NCBI GenBank assembly: GCA_003250395.1
Contig: QKGM01000002.1
Location: 23,906 to 87,905 of the forward strand
Direction of reading: 5' to 3'
Length of the DNA stretch: 64,000 nt
Origin: Bacteroidota bacterium
GTDB taxonomy: Bacteria; Bacteroidota; Bacteroidia; Bacteroidales; TTA-H9
Shown here: positions 29,214-39,408 of the stretch, piece by piece
Numbering within the stretch: position 1 is the first letter of the stretch
Layout of the letters: the number at the start of each line of letters is the position of its first letter
Notes under the pieces: model-generated
Databases searched by the model: none
Told to the model about the DNA's origin: nothing
Seen by the model: only the letters and a program-made list of their open reading frames with translations
Position numbers and translations under genes: made by a program

Positions 29214-32200
29214 ATATGCTAAAGAGAAAGTTAAGCTGGATAGAGTCAGCGATGGTAAACCGGCAGATTGTCATTGCCATTGTTGTACTAATGGTTGCCT
29301 TCGGAATATATGGCCTGATGAAGATGCCCCGTCAGGAATTTCCGGAATTTACCATTCGTCAGGGTTTGGTTATAGGTGTTTATCCCGGAGCCACTTCGCA
29401 GGAGGTGGAAGAGCAGCTTACCACTAAGGTTGAGAACTACCTCTTCGGGTTTAAAGAAGTAAAAAAGGCAAAAACCTATTCTCACTCAAGAGAGGGTATA
29501 ATGATTGTTTATGTTGAGCTTGAGGATGATGTTGTTAATGCTGATCAGTTTTGGTCAAAGCTCAATAATGGTCTCAATACGTTAAAAATGAGTCTGCCTA
29601 CCGGAGTAGCTGCCCTGATGACAAACAGTGATTTCGGGGATACCTCTGCACTGCTTATTACGCTTACATCTGATACGAAGAGTAACAAGGAGTTGGAAAA
29701 AATGCTTACAAAACTTGAAGCAGAAATCAGAAAAATACCGGCAGTCGGTAAGGTAAAGCATTCAGGACTTCAGAAAGAGAAGATTTTCGTAACGGTTGAT
29801 CCCGCACGTATTAACCAGTATAATGTTAAACCGATGATGCTGATGGCAACCCTTCAGACAAACGGAATGAACGGATTTGCTGGTGATTTTGATAATGGTG
29901 TACAGAAAATGCCATTACATGTACCAGCCCGTATAAGTACTGAATCTGACCTGGGTAACCAGATGGTATATGCCGACCCAAATGGAAATGTAATCAGATT
30001 GAAGGATGTAGCTACTATAGAACGACGTTACGATGACCCTTCAGAGTATATCCGTTCGGATGGCCGGAATGCTGTTCTGTTGTCACTTGAGATGCAGCCT
30101 GGTAATAATATTGTGGATTTTGGAAAACAGGTTACAAAGGTGCTCGACCATTTTCAAAACGAAAATGAAGGTCTGGTACACCTGCAGGTAATCAACAATC
30201 TTCCACAGGTGGTTGATGATTCAATCTCCCACTTTATGGTTGAGTTCATGATGGCTGTGATAGCTGTTATCCTGGTTACCATGTTGCTTTTGCCTTTCAG
30301 GGTTGCATTGGTAGCTGCTATTACCATTCCTATTTCGATTCTTATGGGAATTGGACTCTTGTTCCTCATGGGCGTTGAGTTACATACTGTTTCTCTGGCA
30401 GCACTTATTATTGTACTTGGAATGGTTGTGGATAACAGTATCGTTGTTATTGATGACCATGTCGAAAAACTTGACCACGGACTTTCTCCCTGGAAAGCTG
30501 CATGGATGAGTGCACAGCATCTTTTTATACCTGTACTTACTGCTACAATGGCTATTAATGTGGCATTCTTTCCCATGATGTACCTTCTGACCGGGACGGC
30601 TGGTGACTTCATAGGCTCATTCCCGATAACCATAGCTATTACCCTTTCAATTTCAATGTTGGTTGCTATTTTGCTGGTTCCGACAATTAATTATTTTCTA
30701 ATCAGGAAGGGATTGAAATCGGAGCAGTCGACTAATCGGAAATTCGATTTTCTGACCCTGCTTCAGGGGTGGTACGACAGGCTGCTCGATGCTGCTTTTA
30801 AAAACAAATGGATTACAATAGGAATTGGAGGTATTGTCGTTCTGGCTGGTTTCATAATTTTCTTCTTTACTCCTCAACAACTTTTCCCGACTGTCGAACG
30901 AAACCAGTTCGCTGTGGAGGTAACTCTCCCTTCCGGGGCATCAGTACAACAGACCGATAAAATTGTCGATTCACTCGAAAGAATTCTTATGACTGATTCG
31001 CGGGTAGTACATGTTACAAGCTTTCTTGGAACAGGGTCGCCACGTTTTCATGTCGCATATGCTCCCAAAGCACCTGCCTCTAATTATGGACAAATTATCG
31101 TGAATACTGCTTCAAATGAGGCTACCGATGATTTGCTTGATGAATATTCTGACCTCTATGCTGATTATTTTGCCGGCGCTCATGTTAAATTTAAACAACT
31201 GGAACTTAGTATGTCTGTTAGTCCAATTGAAATCCGTTTCAGTGGTGACTCAATTGCTGCATTGAAAATTGCTTGTGAGAAGGCTGAAGAAGTTTTAAGA
31301 ACTCAGAAAGGTTTTATCTGGATACGCGATGACTGGGGAGATCCGCTTGCAGGGATTCAGATTGAAGCGATAGCTGATCAGACTGGCCGTCTGGGTTTGA
31401 CTCGCGCGATCCTGGGAAGTTCGATGTTGATAACTACTGAAGGATTGCCTCTAACCACAGTTTGGGAAGGGGACTACCCTGTAGATGTAGTACTATACAC
31501 TCCATCGTCTGATATAGTGAGTGATTTGGGCAACCAGTACATTACTCCTCCGCTCACAATGCAGCCTGTGCCACTTCGTACGGTTGCATCACTTAGCCCC
31601 GATTATCAGGAAAATACGATTGTAAGACGAAATGGAAGGAGAACTATGACGCTTTCAGCAGATGTTGCCCGTGGATTGGTACCATCAAAGGTTCTCAATG
31701 CTGTTAAGCCCAGTCTCGATAAGTTGGAATTACCTGCCGGTGTAACAATGGAATATGGTGGTGATTCTGAAAGCGCTATTGAAACCTTTATTCCTATGGT
31801 TTACTCTTTGATTATTAGTATTCTTATAATTTTCTTCATTTTATTATTCCAATTCAGGAAGGTGAACAAGACGATAATCATCATGTCGGGAATGCTGTTA
31901 GCCTTCCCTGGAGCTGCTCTGGGGTTATGGATAGCAGGTTATCCGTTTGGTCTGACAGCATTTATTGGGATTATGGGTTTATGTGGGATGGTAGTAAGAA
32001 ATGGGATAATATTGGTTGATTATATCGAAGAGTTAAATAATGAGCAGGGGATGAGTTTACGTGATGCTGCAATTGCAGCAGGAAAACGACGTATGCGTCC
32101 TATATTCCTTACCTCGGCCGCTGCTGCGGTTGGTGTTATCCCTATGATTTTGAGCAAATCATTACTCTGGGGGCCACTGGGTACAGTCATTTGTTTTGGC

Positions 32201-32293
32201 CTTTCAGTTGCAATGGTACTAACATTAGTAATTATGCCGGTACTCTATGCTGTGGTTTTCTCCAATGTCAAACAGTCAGTAATACCTGAATAA
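29210..32293 (+). CDS. RND efflux permease (AcrB/AcrD/AcrF family)
   Basis: 1027 aa; YPGATSQEVE, LGMVVDNSIV, VRNGIILVD and RMRPIFLTS. Confidence 0.95.
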   Translation: MNMLKRKLSWIESAMVNRQIVIAIVVLMVAFGIYGLMKMPRQEFPEFTIRQGLVIGVYPGATSQEVEEQLTTKVENYLFGFKEVKKAKTYSHSREGIMIVYVELEDDVVNADQFWSKLNNGLNTLKMSLPTGVAALMTNSDFGDTSALLITLTSDTKSNKELEKMLTKLEAEIRKIPAVGKVKHSGLQKEKIFVTVDPARINQYNVKPMMLMATLQTNGMNGFAGDFDNGVQKMPLHVPARISTESDLGNQMVYADPNGNVIRLKDVATIERRYDDPSEYIRSDGRNAVLLSLEMQPGNNIVDFGKQVTKVLDHFQNENEGLVHLQVINNLPQVVDDSISHFMVEFMMAVIAVILVTMLLLPFRVALVAAITIPISILMGIGLLFLMGVELHTVSLAALIIVLGMVVDNSIVVIDDHVEKLDHGLSPWKAAWMSAQHLFIPVLTATMAINVAFFPMMYLLTGTAGDFIGSFPITIAITLSISMLVAILLVPTINYFLIRKGLKSEQSTNRKFDFLTLLQGWYDRLLDAAFKNKWITIGIGGIVVLAGFIIFFFTPQQLFPTVERNQFAVEVTLPSGASVQQTDKIVDSLERILMTDSRVVHVTSFLGTGSPRFHVAYAPKAPASNYGQIIVNTASNEATDDLLDEYSDLYADYFAGAHVKFKQLELSMSVSPIEIRFSGDSIAALKIACEKAEEVLRTQKGFIWIRDDWGDPLAGIQIEAIADQTGRLGLTRAILGSSMLITTEGLPLTTVWEGDYPVDVVLYTPSSDIVSDLGNQYITPPLTMQPVPLRTVASLSPDYQENTIVRRNGRRTMTLSADVARGLVPSKVLNAVKPSLDKLELPAGVTMEYGGDSESAIETFIPMVYSLIISILIIFFILLFQFRKVNKTIIIMSGMLLAFPGAALGLWIAGYPFGLTAFIGIMGLCGMVVRNGIILVDYIEELNNEQGMSLRDAAIAAGKRRMRPIFLTSAAAAVGVIPMILSKSLLWGPLGTVICFGLSVAMVLTLVIMPVLYAVVFSNVKQSVIPE

Positions 32294-32304
32294 ATCTTTG
32301 AAAA

Positions 32305-33663
32305 ATGAACAAATTATATAACCTATTCATCGCTTTCCTCTTCCTGGCAACTTCTACAGTTCTAAATGGACAGAGCCTTACGCTGGATGAATGCAGGCAG
32401 CTTACAATTCGTAATAACCAAACGATTAAGCAATCAGTATTGGATGTACAAAAGGCTGAACAGACAAGCATGGAAGCCTTTACACATTATTTTCCTAATG
32501 TGAGTGCCTCCGGTATAGCCATGAAAGCCAACGACTATTTAATTAAAGGGAATATTCCGCAAATGAATTTGCCGGTTTATGATGGAAACCCTGTCAATTT
32601 ATTGAATCCAACTCAATTTGCTTATTTTCCGGGTGCTTCTCTGAATCTCCTCGATTATATGAACACGGCATCGGTGGTTGTCACACAGCCAGTATTTGCC
32701 GGTGGGCAGATATATAACGGCAATCGCCTTGCCCGGGTTGGTTCTGAAATTGCATCTGAAAGGATGAATGCTGATACACGTGATCAGCTTCTGACCACAG
32801 AAAAATATTACTGGACACTTGCTGGTTTGATTGCGCAACGAAAAACAATTAAAGCTTATCAGGATCTTCTCGTTTCGCTCAGGAAAGATGTCGCTGTATC
32901 ATACGAAAACGGGCTGATAGAGAAGAGCGATTTACTAAAAGTAGACCTTAAGTTAAATGAAGTAGCGGTCAATTCTTTGACTCTGGAGAATGGAATTGAA
33001 GCGGTTCAGAGAGCCCTTTGTCAACAAACCGGAATCGAATGGTCAGCTGGAATTATAACTACTGATAGTATCGGATTGATTTTACCACCCGAAAGCTATT
33101 TCAAAGATCCTGACTCATCGCTAAAAGTTCGTCCAGAATATATTATGTTGTCGAAGGCTGTTGATGCTGCCACTCTTCAGAAAAAGGTGGCATTGGGAAA
33201 AAATCTCCCTTCTGTAGCAATAGGTGCCACTGGTTTCTGGTATGATGTGATGGATAACAGCCAGACTAATGCATTGGCGTTTGCTTCTGTTTCCATACCA
33301 ATTAGTGATTGGTGGGGAGGAACTCATCAGATCAGGCAGAAATCCCTGGAAGTAGAAAAGGCTAAAAGTATGCTAACTGATAACAGCCAGAAGTTGGTGA
33401 TGCAACAACAGATAGCGTTTAACAGGCTGAGAGAAGCCTGGACAAGGATTAAACTGGCTGAAGCAGCTTTATCTGAAGCTACAGAACATCTAAGGGTATT
33501 ATCCGATAACCATAAAGCGGGCATGGTAAGTGTTTCAGACCTGCTTGAGGCGCAGGCACTATGGCAACAAGGTGTCCAGCAGAAGACGGGATCAGGTTAT
33601 AACTACATGATTGAATTATCCAACTACAAAAGTATTTCTGGAAATTTTACCAATCCTAAATAA
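32305..33663 (+). CDS. TolC-family outer membrane efflux protein
   Basis: Signal peptide, LTLDECRQL, QPVFAGG, SIPISDWWGG and AGMVSVSDLLEAQ. Confidence 0.93.
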   Translation: MNKLYNLFIAFLFLATSTVLNGQSLTLDECRQLTIRNNQTIKQSVLDVQKAEQTSMEAFTHYFPNVSASGIAMKANDYLIKGNIPQMNLPVYDGNPVNLLNPTQFAYFPGASLNLLDYMNTASVVVTQPVFAGGQIYNGNRLARVGSEIASERMNADTRDQLLTTEKYYWTLAGLIAQRKTIKAYQDLLVSLRKDVAVSYENGLIEKSDLLKVDLKLNEVAVNSLTLENGIEAVQRALCQQTGIEWSAGIITTDSIGLILPPESYFKDPDSSLKVRPEYIMLSKAVDAATLQKKVALGKNLPSVAIGATGFWYDVMDNSQTNALAFASVSIPISDWWGGTHQIRQKSLEVEKAKSMLTDNSQKLVMQQQIAFNRLREAWTRIKLAEAALSEATEHLRVLSDNHKAGMVSVSDLLEAQALWQQGVQQKTGSGYNYMIELSNYKSISGNFTNPK

Positions 33664-33670
33664 GAATAGA

Positions 33671-34015
33671 ATGAAAGCCAGGGAAACGATTGAAATAGAA
33701 TTAATCTATGGCAAACTATCCGAATTGCTACATTGGATTGATGTGTTGCCTATGGTGAATCAAATCCTTGCTATAAATCTGAAGAAAGCTTATCGGGATT
33801 TATTACTGAATATAAGTCTTTGGTTAAGTTTCAAAGAATCGGACCAACGCAGTCTGGTTTTGGATAGAATATTATTTCAGATTGAAACTATGATTCGCAT
33901 TACCCACGAGTGGAAATCGTCTCAGAAACCGACAAGGAATCAGACAACAACAATAAACAAACTGGAAGAAACGCTGATTTTTTTACAAGAGATAACCAAA
34001 GCAGCAGATTTTTAA
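33671..34015 (+). CDS. Hypothetical all-helical protein, possible four-helix-bundle (Avd/IVP-like) fold
   Basis: ATG 7 nt after the tolC stop; 114 aa of amphipathic helices (LIYGKLSELLHW..P...LKKAYRDLLLNI...LDRILFQIETMIRI). Family resemblance judged by eye only. Confidence 0.55.
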   Translation: MKARETIEIELIYGKLSELLHWIDVLPMVNQILAINLKKAYRDLLLNISLWLSFKESDQRSLVLDRILFQIETMIRITHEWKSSQKPTRNQTTTINKLEETLIFLQEITKAADF

Positions 34016-34188
34016 GCAAGGTAACTTTGCTTCATTTGCCTTGTTTTGTAAAGGGATGTATATCAGATAACATTATTGACTTTTACGCCAGAGAATAATC
34101 TTGTTGCAGAAACACAATCTGAATATTTTATAATTATTACTCCATATTGTCTATGAGAGAATCACCGTGAAAATGGTGGCATTGATGC

Positions 34189-34229
34189 GCGGCAGTTCTT
34201 CCTTTTTATATGGAAGGCTGCCGTTTTTT
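34189..34229 (+). terminator. Intrinsic terminator upstream of the ygiQ promoter
   Basis: Stem GCGGCAGTTCTTCC ... GGAAGGCTGCCGT followed by a T-tract. Confidence 0.75.
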
Positions 34230-34293
34230 CTGTTTTTTGGCTGTCGGTTTGATACATTTCAATATCCTCCAATCTCAATAGAACCTAATTGGT

Positions 34294-34301
34294 TATCTTT
34301 G
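34294..34301 (+). promoter_or_regulatory. -7 promoter box (TATCTTTG) for ygiQ, probably giving a near-leaderless mRNA
   Basis: TAnnTTTG ends 7 nt before ATG 34309. Confidence 0.6.
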
Positions 34302-34308
34302 CCCTCCA

Positions 34309-36207
34309 ATGAAAGATCAGAGGCCACTATTACCCATAACTGCCTGGTTGCCTAGCACCCGGGAAGAGATGGATCGCCTTGGCTGGGATGAAGCCGATGT
34401 AATTATTGTTACCGGTGATGCATACGTTGATCACCCCTCTTTTGGCCATGCAGTGATCGGCAGGGTGTTGGAGAAACTGGGGCTTCGGGTTGCTATTCTT
34501 CCACAACCAAACTGGCGTGATGATTTAAGAGATTTCAAAAAGCTGGGAATCCCGCGCTTATTCTTTGGAATTTCTGCGGGGTGTATGGACAGCATGATTA
34601 ATCACTATACTGCTGCCAGGCGCAAACGTTCTGATGATGCCTATACTCCAGGAGGGTTGGCTGGATTTCGTCCCGATTATGCAACTATCGTTTATAGTTC
34701 AATCCTGAAGCAGTTGTTCCCAGATGTTCCTGTACTTCTGGGAGGAATAGAAGCTTCACTTCGAAGGTTCACCCATTATGACTATTGGTCGGATAGTTTG
34801 ATGAAGCCCATCTTATGCGATAGTGGTGCTGATATGCTGGTATATGGCATGGGTGAAAACCCATTGCGGGAAATTGTCAGATTAGTTAGAAAGGGTGTCC
34901 CTTTCAGCAATATCGTAAATGTCCCTCAGACAGCTTTCCTGCTTCCGGAAAGAACAGCTTATAAAGCTGAAAAGATGTGGTCAGATATTGAACTGGCCCC
35001 ATATGATGTGGTAATGCACGATAAAAAAGCTCATGCAGCAAATTTCAGGATCATTGAAGAGCAATCAAACAGATGGGAGGCAAAAAGGCTGCTTCAGCAG
35101 GTTAATAGCGCTTTACTGGTTGTTAATCCGCCATATCCCCCAATGACTACCAGTGAGATTGATGCTTCTTTTGATCTCCCCTATACCCGCATGCCTCATC
35201 CCAGGTATAAAAAGCGCGGTGAAATCCCTGCCTGGAATATGATCAGGAACTCAGTAAATATTCATCGTGGGTGTTTTGGTGGTTGTGCCTTTTGCACGAT
35301 ATCTGCCCATCAGGGAAAGTTTGTTAGCAGCCGTTCTGAAAAATCTATCCTTGAAGAGATTACTGCCCTGACACAAGTTCCTGGTTTCAGTGGCGTAATT
35401 ACTGACCTTGGTGGCCCCTCTGCCAACATGTACAGAATGGGTGGGGCTGACAAGGAACTGTGTAAGAAGTGTCATCGCCCAAGTTGCATTTTCCCATCTA
35501 TATGCCCTAACCTTGATGCCGACCACGGTCCATTGATTTCTCTGTACGTTAAATCGGAACAAATTCCTGGTGTTAATAAAGTGTTTATTGGCAGTGGGAT
35601 CAGATATGATTTATTGTTAGCTCAAAAGCCTGATAAACAGCGAAAAAATAAAGTTAATGCTTATCTGGAGCAGGTAATTACTAAACATGTGTCGGGTAGG
35701 TTAAAGGTCGCCCCTGAGCATACCTCTGACAAGGTGTTGAAGTTGATGCGAAAACCATCATTCAGGCTCTTTGTTGAATTTAAGCGGAAAGCCGATTCAA
35801 TTGCCAGAAAGCATGGTATTAATCAACAGGTTATTCCTTATTTCATATCGTCACATCCTGGATGTGAACTTATTGATATGGCAAATTTGGCCATAGAAAC
35901 AAAAAAGTTGGGTTACAGGCTTGAACAGGTTCAGGACTTTACTCCAACGCCATTGACCCTTGCCACTGAGATGTATTATACCGGGCTCAATCCTTATACT
36001 ATGAATAAGGTGTATACAGCGGTTAATCAGGATGATAAACTGGCTCAGCGGCGTTTTTTCTTTTGGTACCAGGATGAAAACCGCACTTTTATTAGAAAAG
36101 CGCTGGTACGCTTCTCCGATGAATCATTGAGACAGGGTCTGTTAGGTACATCGCCCAAAGTTTCTGGTCGTCTCACGGAATCAGGTAAGAAAAGGAACAG
36201 AAGTTGA
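34309..36207 (+). CDS. ygiQ: YgiQ family radical SAM protein (UPF0313)
   Basis: TGDAYVDHPSFG, GGIEASLRR..HYDYW, HRGCFGGCAFC.I..HQG, DLGGPSANMY, GRLKVAPEH and EQVQDFTPTP. Confidence 0.95.
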   Translation: MKDQRPLLPITAWLPSTREEMDRLGWDEADVIIVTGDAYVDHPSFGHAVIGRVLEKLGLRVAILPQPNWRDDLRDFKKLGIPRLFFGISAGCMDSMINHYTAARRKRSDDAYTPGGLAGFRPDYATIVYSSILKQLFPDVPVLLGGIEASLRRFTHYDYWSDSLMKPILCDSGADMLVYGMGENPLREIVRLVRKGVPFSNIVNVPQTAFLLPERTAYKAEKMWSDIELAPYDVVMHDKKAHAANFRIIEEQSNRWEAKRLLQQVNSALLVVNPPYPPMTTSEIDASFDLPYTRMPHPRYKKRGEIPAWNMIRNSVNIHRGCFGGCAFCTISAHQGKFVSSRSEKSILEEITALTQVPGFSGVITDLGGPSANMYRMGGADKELCKKCHRPSCIFPSICPNLDADHGPLISLYVKSEQIPGVNKVFIGSGIRYDLLLAQKPDKQRKNKVNAYLEQVITKHVSGRLKVAPEHTSDKVLKLMRKPSFRLFVEFKRKADSIARKHGINQQVIPYFISSHPGCELIDMANLAIETKKLGYRLEQVQDFTPTPLTLATEMYYTGLNPYTMNKVYTAVNQDDKLAQRRFFFWYQDENRTFIRKALVRFSDESLRQGLLGTSPKVSGRLTESGKKRNRS

Positions 36208-36214
36208 AACTAAT

Positions 36215-36243
36215 AAAAAAAGCTCCCCGAAGGGGAGCTAAAA
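36215..36243 (-). terminator. Intrinsic (possibly bidirectional) terminator
   Basis: A-tract followed by AGCTCCCC-GAA-GGGGAGCT, between convergent genes. Confidence 0.8.
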
Positions 36244-36257
36244 CGTTGGTTTATAAA

Positions 36258-37118
36258 TTAATCTACCTGGATTACCAAATATTTTGAAGCACTCCAGAAT
36301 TTGTTGAAATCCGAAATAAACAGTGTGTCAGCCCTTTTTACCCCGGTAATGTTAAAGCTGCCAGCCGGATGAGTTGTCACTACTGAGGCTTTCTTTACGT
36401 TGAGAGCTATAAATTTCAAATTACGGATGTCAACTTTGGTGAAATAGTCTGTATTGAAATCTTTGGCCAATGATGTAGATTTTCCAATGCCAATAAACCC
36501 GCCTTCACGGGTAATCACTTTATTGTCAATTAGCTCTTTTTTAGTTCCAATTGCAAAATAAGCAGTGTTCAGAGCAATCGTTTTCTCGTCAATTACCTGT
36601 GATTTTGCCTGACTTTCAGATGCCAGATTGTCAACTTTACCTGAAAGCTCCTCAACCTTGATATTCATCTGAGTCAATTGGTCTTTCAATTGAACGATTT
36701 CTCCATCTTTTTCTTCAATCTGACGGGTCATGAAATTGATCATTTTTTCCAATTCATCTACTTTGCCATCCGACTTTTTAAGTCTGGCTTTGAGATTAAC
36801 AACCATTTCACGGTTCCGGCGTAACATTGCATGAATAGCGTATATATCCTGATTGATTTTATCTTTGGCATCCTGTTCAATCTCAGCGCCAGGCTTCCCG
36901 GCGTTTAAGGAGATGATCTTTTCTATTTGTTTTATGGAATCCAGCGTTTCCTGGATCTCGTTGAAAGAGGCAACAAAGCCCATGATGGATTCTCCTTGTT
37001 GAATATTAACGGCAGCCAGACTATCTGATTTAGCATTTAGCCCATCGATCTCTTTCTGTTGGGTATTGCATGCGAAAAGCATCGCGGTACCTGCCATGAA
37101 CCACATTATTTTTTTCAT
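36258..37118 (-). CDS. Coiled-coil lipoprotein, Cbp1-like (collagen-binding adhesin family)
   Basis: Lipobox LFAC, a long coiled coil, and C-terminal LNTAYFAIGTKKEL...FTKVDIR...TTHPAGSF...FWSASKYLVIQV. Confidence 0.75.
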   Translation of the reverse strand: MKKIMWFMAGTAMLFACNTQQKEIDGLNAKSDSLAAVNIQQGESIMGFVASFNEIQETLDSIKQIEKIISLNAGKPGAEIEQDAKDKINQDIYAIHAMLRRNREMVVNLKARLKKSDGKVDELEKMINFMTRQIEEKDGEIVQLKDQLTQMNIKVEELSGKVDNLASESQAKSQVIDEKTIALNTAYFAIGTKKELIDNKVITREGGFIGIGKSTSLAKDFNTDYFTKVDIRNLKFIALNVKKASVVTTHPAGSFNITGVKRADTLFISDFNKFWSASKYLVIQVD

Positions 37119-37255
37119 AATAAGATCAATTTAATTTGTTGGTTTATAATTATTTATAGAATTTTGAAGGTAATACGAAAACGCATCAAAAGTATTAAAC
37201 TTTAGTGGTACCTGTTTACTATAACTTGTATTAGCCTGAAAAATTGTTTTGTTGC

Positions 37256-37807
37256 CTATATTGTTTTGGTTTCCAGTTGTTTGATTTTATTTAACACCTT
37301 GTTGGCCTGATTCCTGAAACCAGGAGATGATTCTTCCATCTGAAATCGGATCGTCTCTGTCAGTTCATGTCTGATATCCGGTTCTTCAACTGCCATACGG
37401 CTTAGAATTTGCAACGCGTTTGCCTTTACTGCAATCGCTTTGCTGCTGTCTGCAACAATTTCAAAACAAACATCTAGAAGTACACCTTTATAATTTTCGT
37501 GAAAGGGTAAACGGGCCGCGATCCTGAGGATATGACGCCGGTAAGCATCGTGCCTGAATTCCCGTATCCTGCTGATGAGTTGTTTAATGTGCGGCTGTAT
37601 TAGCCCCGGACTTTTTTCACATGCGATATCTATTGCCCACATTGCCCTGCGTGAGACAGGGTCTTCCTGTCGGAAAACAATGTCAACAGCCTGTGAAAAT
37701 CGTTCCGGATCCCGGCTGATAATTCCTGCGACCAGATCGGTGTTGTTCCTTGACATTTCCTGTAGAAGCAATTCTTCAATAAAGGGCTCTGATTTCAGCG
37801 ATTTCAT
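37256..37807 (-). CDS. HEAT/ARM-repeat-like hypothetical protein
   Basis: Helical repeats: SRRAMWAI, RRHILRI, AIAVKANALQIL and SPGFRNQA. Confidence 0.7.
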   Translation of the reverse strand: MKSLKSEPFIEELLLQEMSRNNTDLVAGIISRDPERFSQAVDIVFRQEDPVSRRAMWAIDIACEKSPGLIQPHIKQLISRIREFRHDAYRRHILRIAARLPFHENYKGVLLDVCFEIVADSSKAIAVKANALQILSRMAVEEPDIRHELTETIRFQMEESSPGFRNQANKVLNKIKQLETKTI

Positions 37808-38053
37808 CTTATTTAAGACAATTATTGTTCAACTACTTTTTCTTATCCTATATGCCTGTAATATCAATTTCATTGATTGGTTTTCTTTCCTGGCGACAAA
37901 GATAATGCTTCTGTGATGTTGATGGTTTCCATTTGTTGGAATTTAGTCTGAGAGCTGTGAGTACCTTGTGCCTGATAGTTTGTAACTAATAGCCCCCCTG
38001 GTCTAAATTTTGAAAATTATTCCATATATTGGACTATGGATTCCAAAATTTAA

Positions 38054-38061
38054 TATATTTG
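38054..38061 (+). promoter_or_regulatory. -7 promoter box (TATATTTG) for the two Ig/PKD-like genes
   Basis: TAnnTTTG match 22 nt before the TTG start at 38084. Confidence 0.55.
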
Positions 38062-38083
38062 CTCACCAAACATAGCCGGACAA

Positions 38084-39301
38084 TTGAAAACCTATTTATT
38101 TGTTCTTGGAGTCATAACAGGTTGTCTTATTTTTGGAATCGGGCAAATCTCTGGTCAAAGTAATTGCACCAGTGATGTCCCTTTTTTTGAAGTTGATCTT
38201 AGTGCTGATGCTTCGGGCACATGGTTGAGCAGTGAAGTGATGCGAAGTGGAAATTGTTGTGATGGGGTTTCATTAAATTGTGTTGAATTTCTTGTATATC
38301 TGAATTCCCAGTCTGCAGGTGTAATACTTGAAATTGCCAGTGGCTCTCAACCCCCTGGTAGCTTATTTTATCAGAATAATTGTGGTACAACCAGTCCTAT
38401 CGGCGATTCGATGTGTCTGACCGGAACAGGGCCTCACTCTTTAATCTTTTGTAAACCTGGTGCAAATTCAAATACCTACAGGCTGACTTCTTTTTCGAGA
38501 CCTTTCGCGGGAGATGATATTTTAATTACCACCTCCTGTTCTACTGTTATTCAGGCAGAAGGTTTTGAAGAGTCTTCCATTGTTTGGACATCGATTTATC
38601 CCGGAGTACAGGGAGCTTACAACTCTCTGCTTAGTTGTTTATCCGGCTGCTCAGCACCTACGCTCACTCCAGTAGAAGGGTTGCCATCTTATATTGATTT
38701 TAAGGTTAGTGGTCAGCCTTTGACTTCATGCTCTGTTAATCTTTCGGATACATTGAGGTTTTATTTCGGCCCTCCGTTGGTAACCGGGCTTTCTCCTGTA
38801 AATCCTACAATCTGTGTTGATTCTGTTTCAACAGTTTTAACTGCCAGTGCTTCGGGTGGCTTTCCTCCCTATTCTTATTTATGGAATACGGGTGAAACCA
38901 CCCCTTCAATTGAAGCTTCGGCTGGGGCTCACTCATGTACTATCTCTGATTTGTCTGCCTGCAACGGATCGGAAGTTACTGTGTCTGTTGCTGTAAATTC
39001 CGAAGCTGTTACTGCCAATGCGGGGAGTGATCAGTTCATTTGCCATAATGATTCCGTTGTTTTCCTGAATGGTAGTATTACCGGGGCTTCAGCCTGTGAA
39101 TGGTCCGGAGGCCTCGGATCTTTTATGCCCGATAGGAATTCCTTATCAGTTGAATACCGGTTTGAAAATACAGAGCTGACTGTCAACCCGGTTATCTTGA
39201 TCCTGAATACAGTTGTTAACGGGAATTGCCCGAATACATCTGATTCCATACAAATTTTTAGGCGCTCTAAGCCCGTGACTTCCAGTATAATCCATTATTG
39301 A
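38084..39301 (+). CDS. Secreted Cys-rich adhesin-like protein (N-terminal Cys domain, SprB/Ig-like repeats, no T9SS CTD)
   Basis: TTG start, signal peptide, SprB-like ASGGFPPYSYLWNTGETT repeat and ANAGSDQFIC repeat; ends KPVTSSIIHY. Confidence 0.8.
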   Translation: MKTYLFVLGVITGCLIFGIGQISGQSNCTSDVPFFEVDLSADASGTWLSSEVMRSGNCCDGVSLNCVEFLVYLNSQSAGVILEIASGSQPPGSLFYQNNCGTTSPIGDSMCLTGTGPHSLIFCKPGANSNTYRLTSFSRPFAGDDILITTSCSTVIQAEGFEESSIVWTSIYPGVQGAYNSLLSCLSGCSAPTLTPVEGLPSYIDFKVSGQPLTSCSVNLSDTLRFYFGPPLVTGLSPVNPTICVDSVSTVLTASASGGFPPYSYLWNTGETTPSIEASAGAHSCTISDLSACNGSEVTVSVAVNSEAVTANAGSDQFICHNDSVVFLNGSITGASACEWSGGLGSFMPDRNSLSVEYRFENTELTVNPVILILNTVVNGNCPNTSDSIQIFRRSKPVTSSIIHY

Positions 39302-39408
39302 TTTTGTTGATAATTCGACAAAACAGGTAAATAGTTCACGATATGAAGTTTAAATGATCTTATCAATATTTGTTGTTGAATCCAATTCTTATTATAAAGT
39401 TAAATGCT

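Noticed and set aside
33671-36207. Diversity-generating retroelement
   Set aside because: No reverse transcriptase ORF and no TR/VR repeat pair seen in the window; only a weak Avd-like resemblance.
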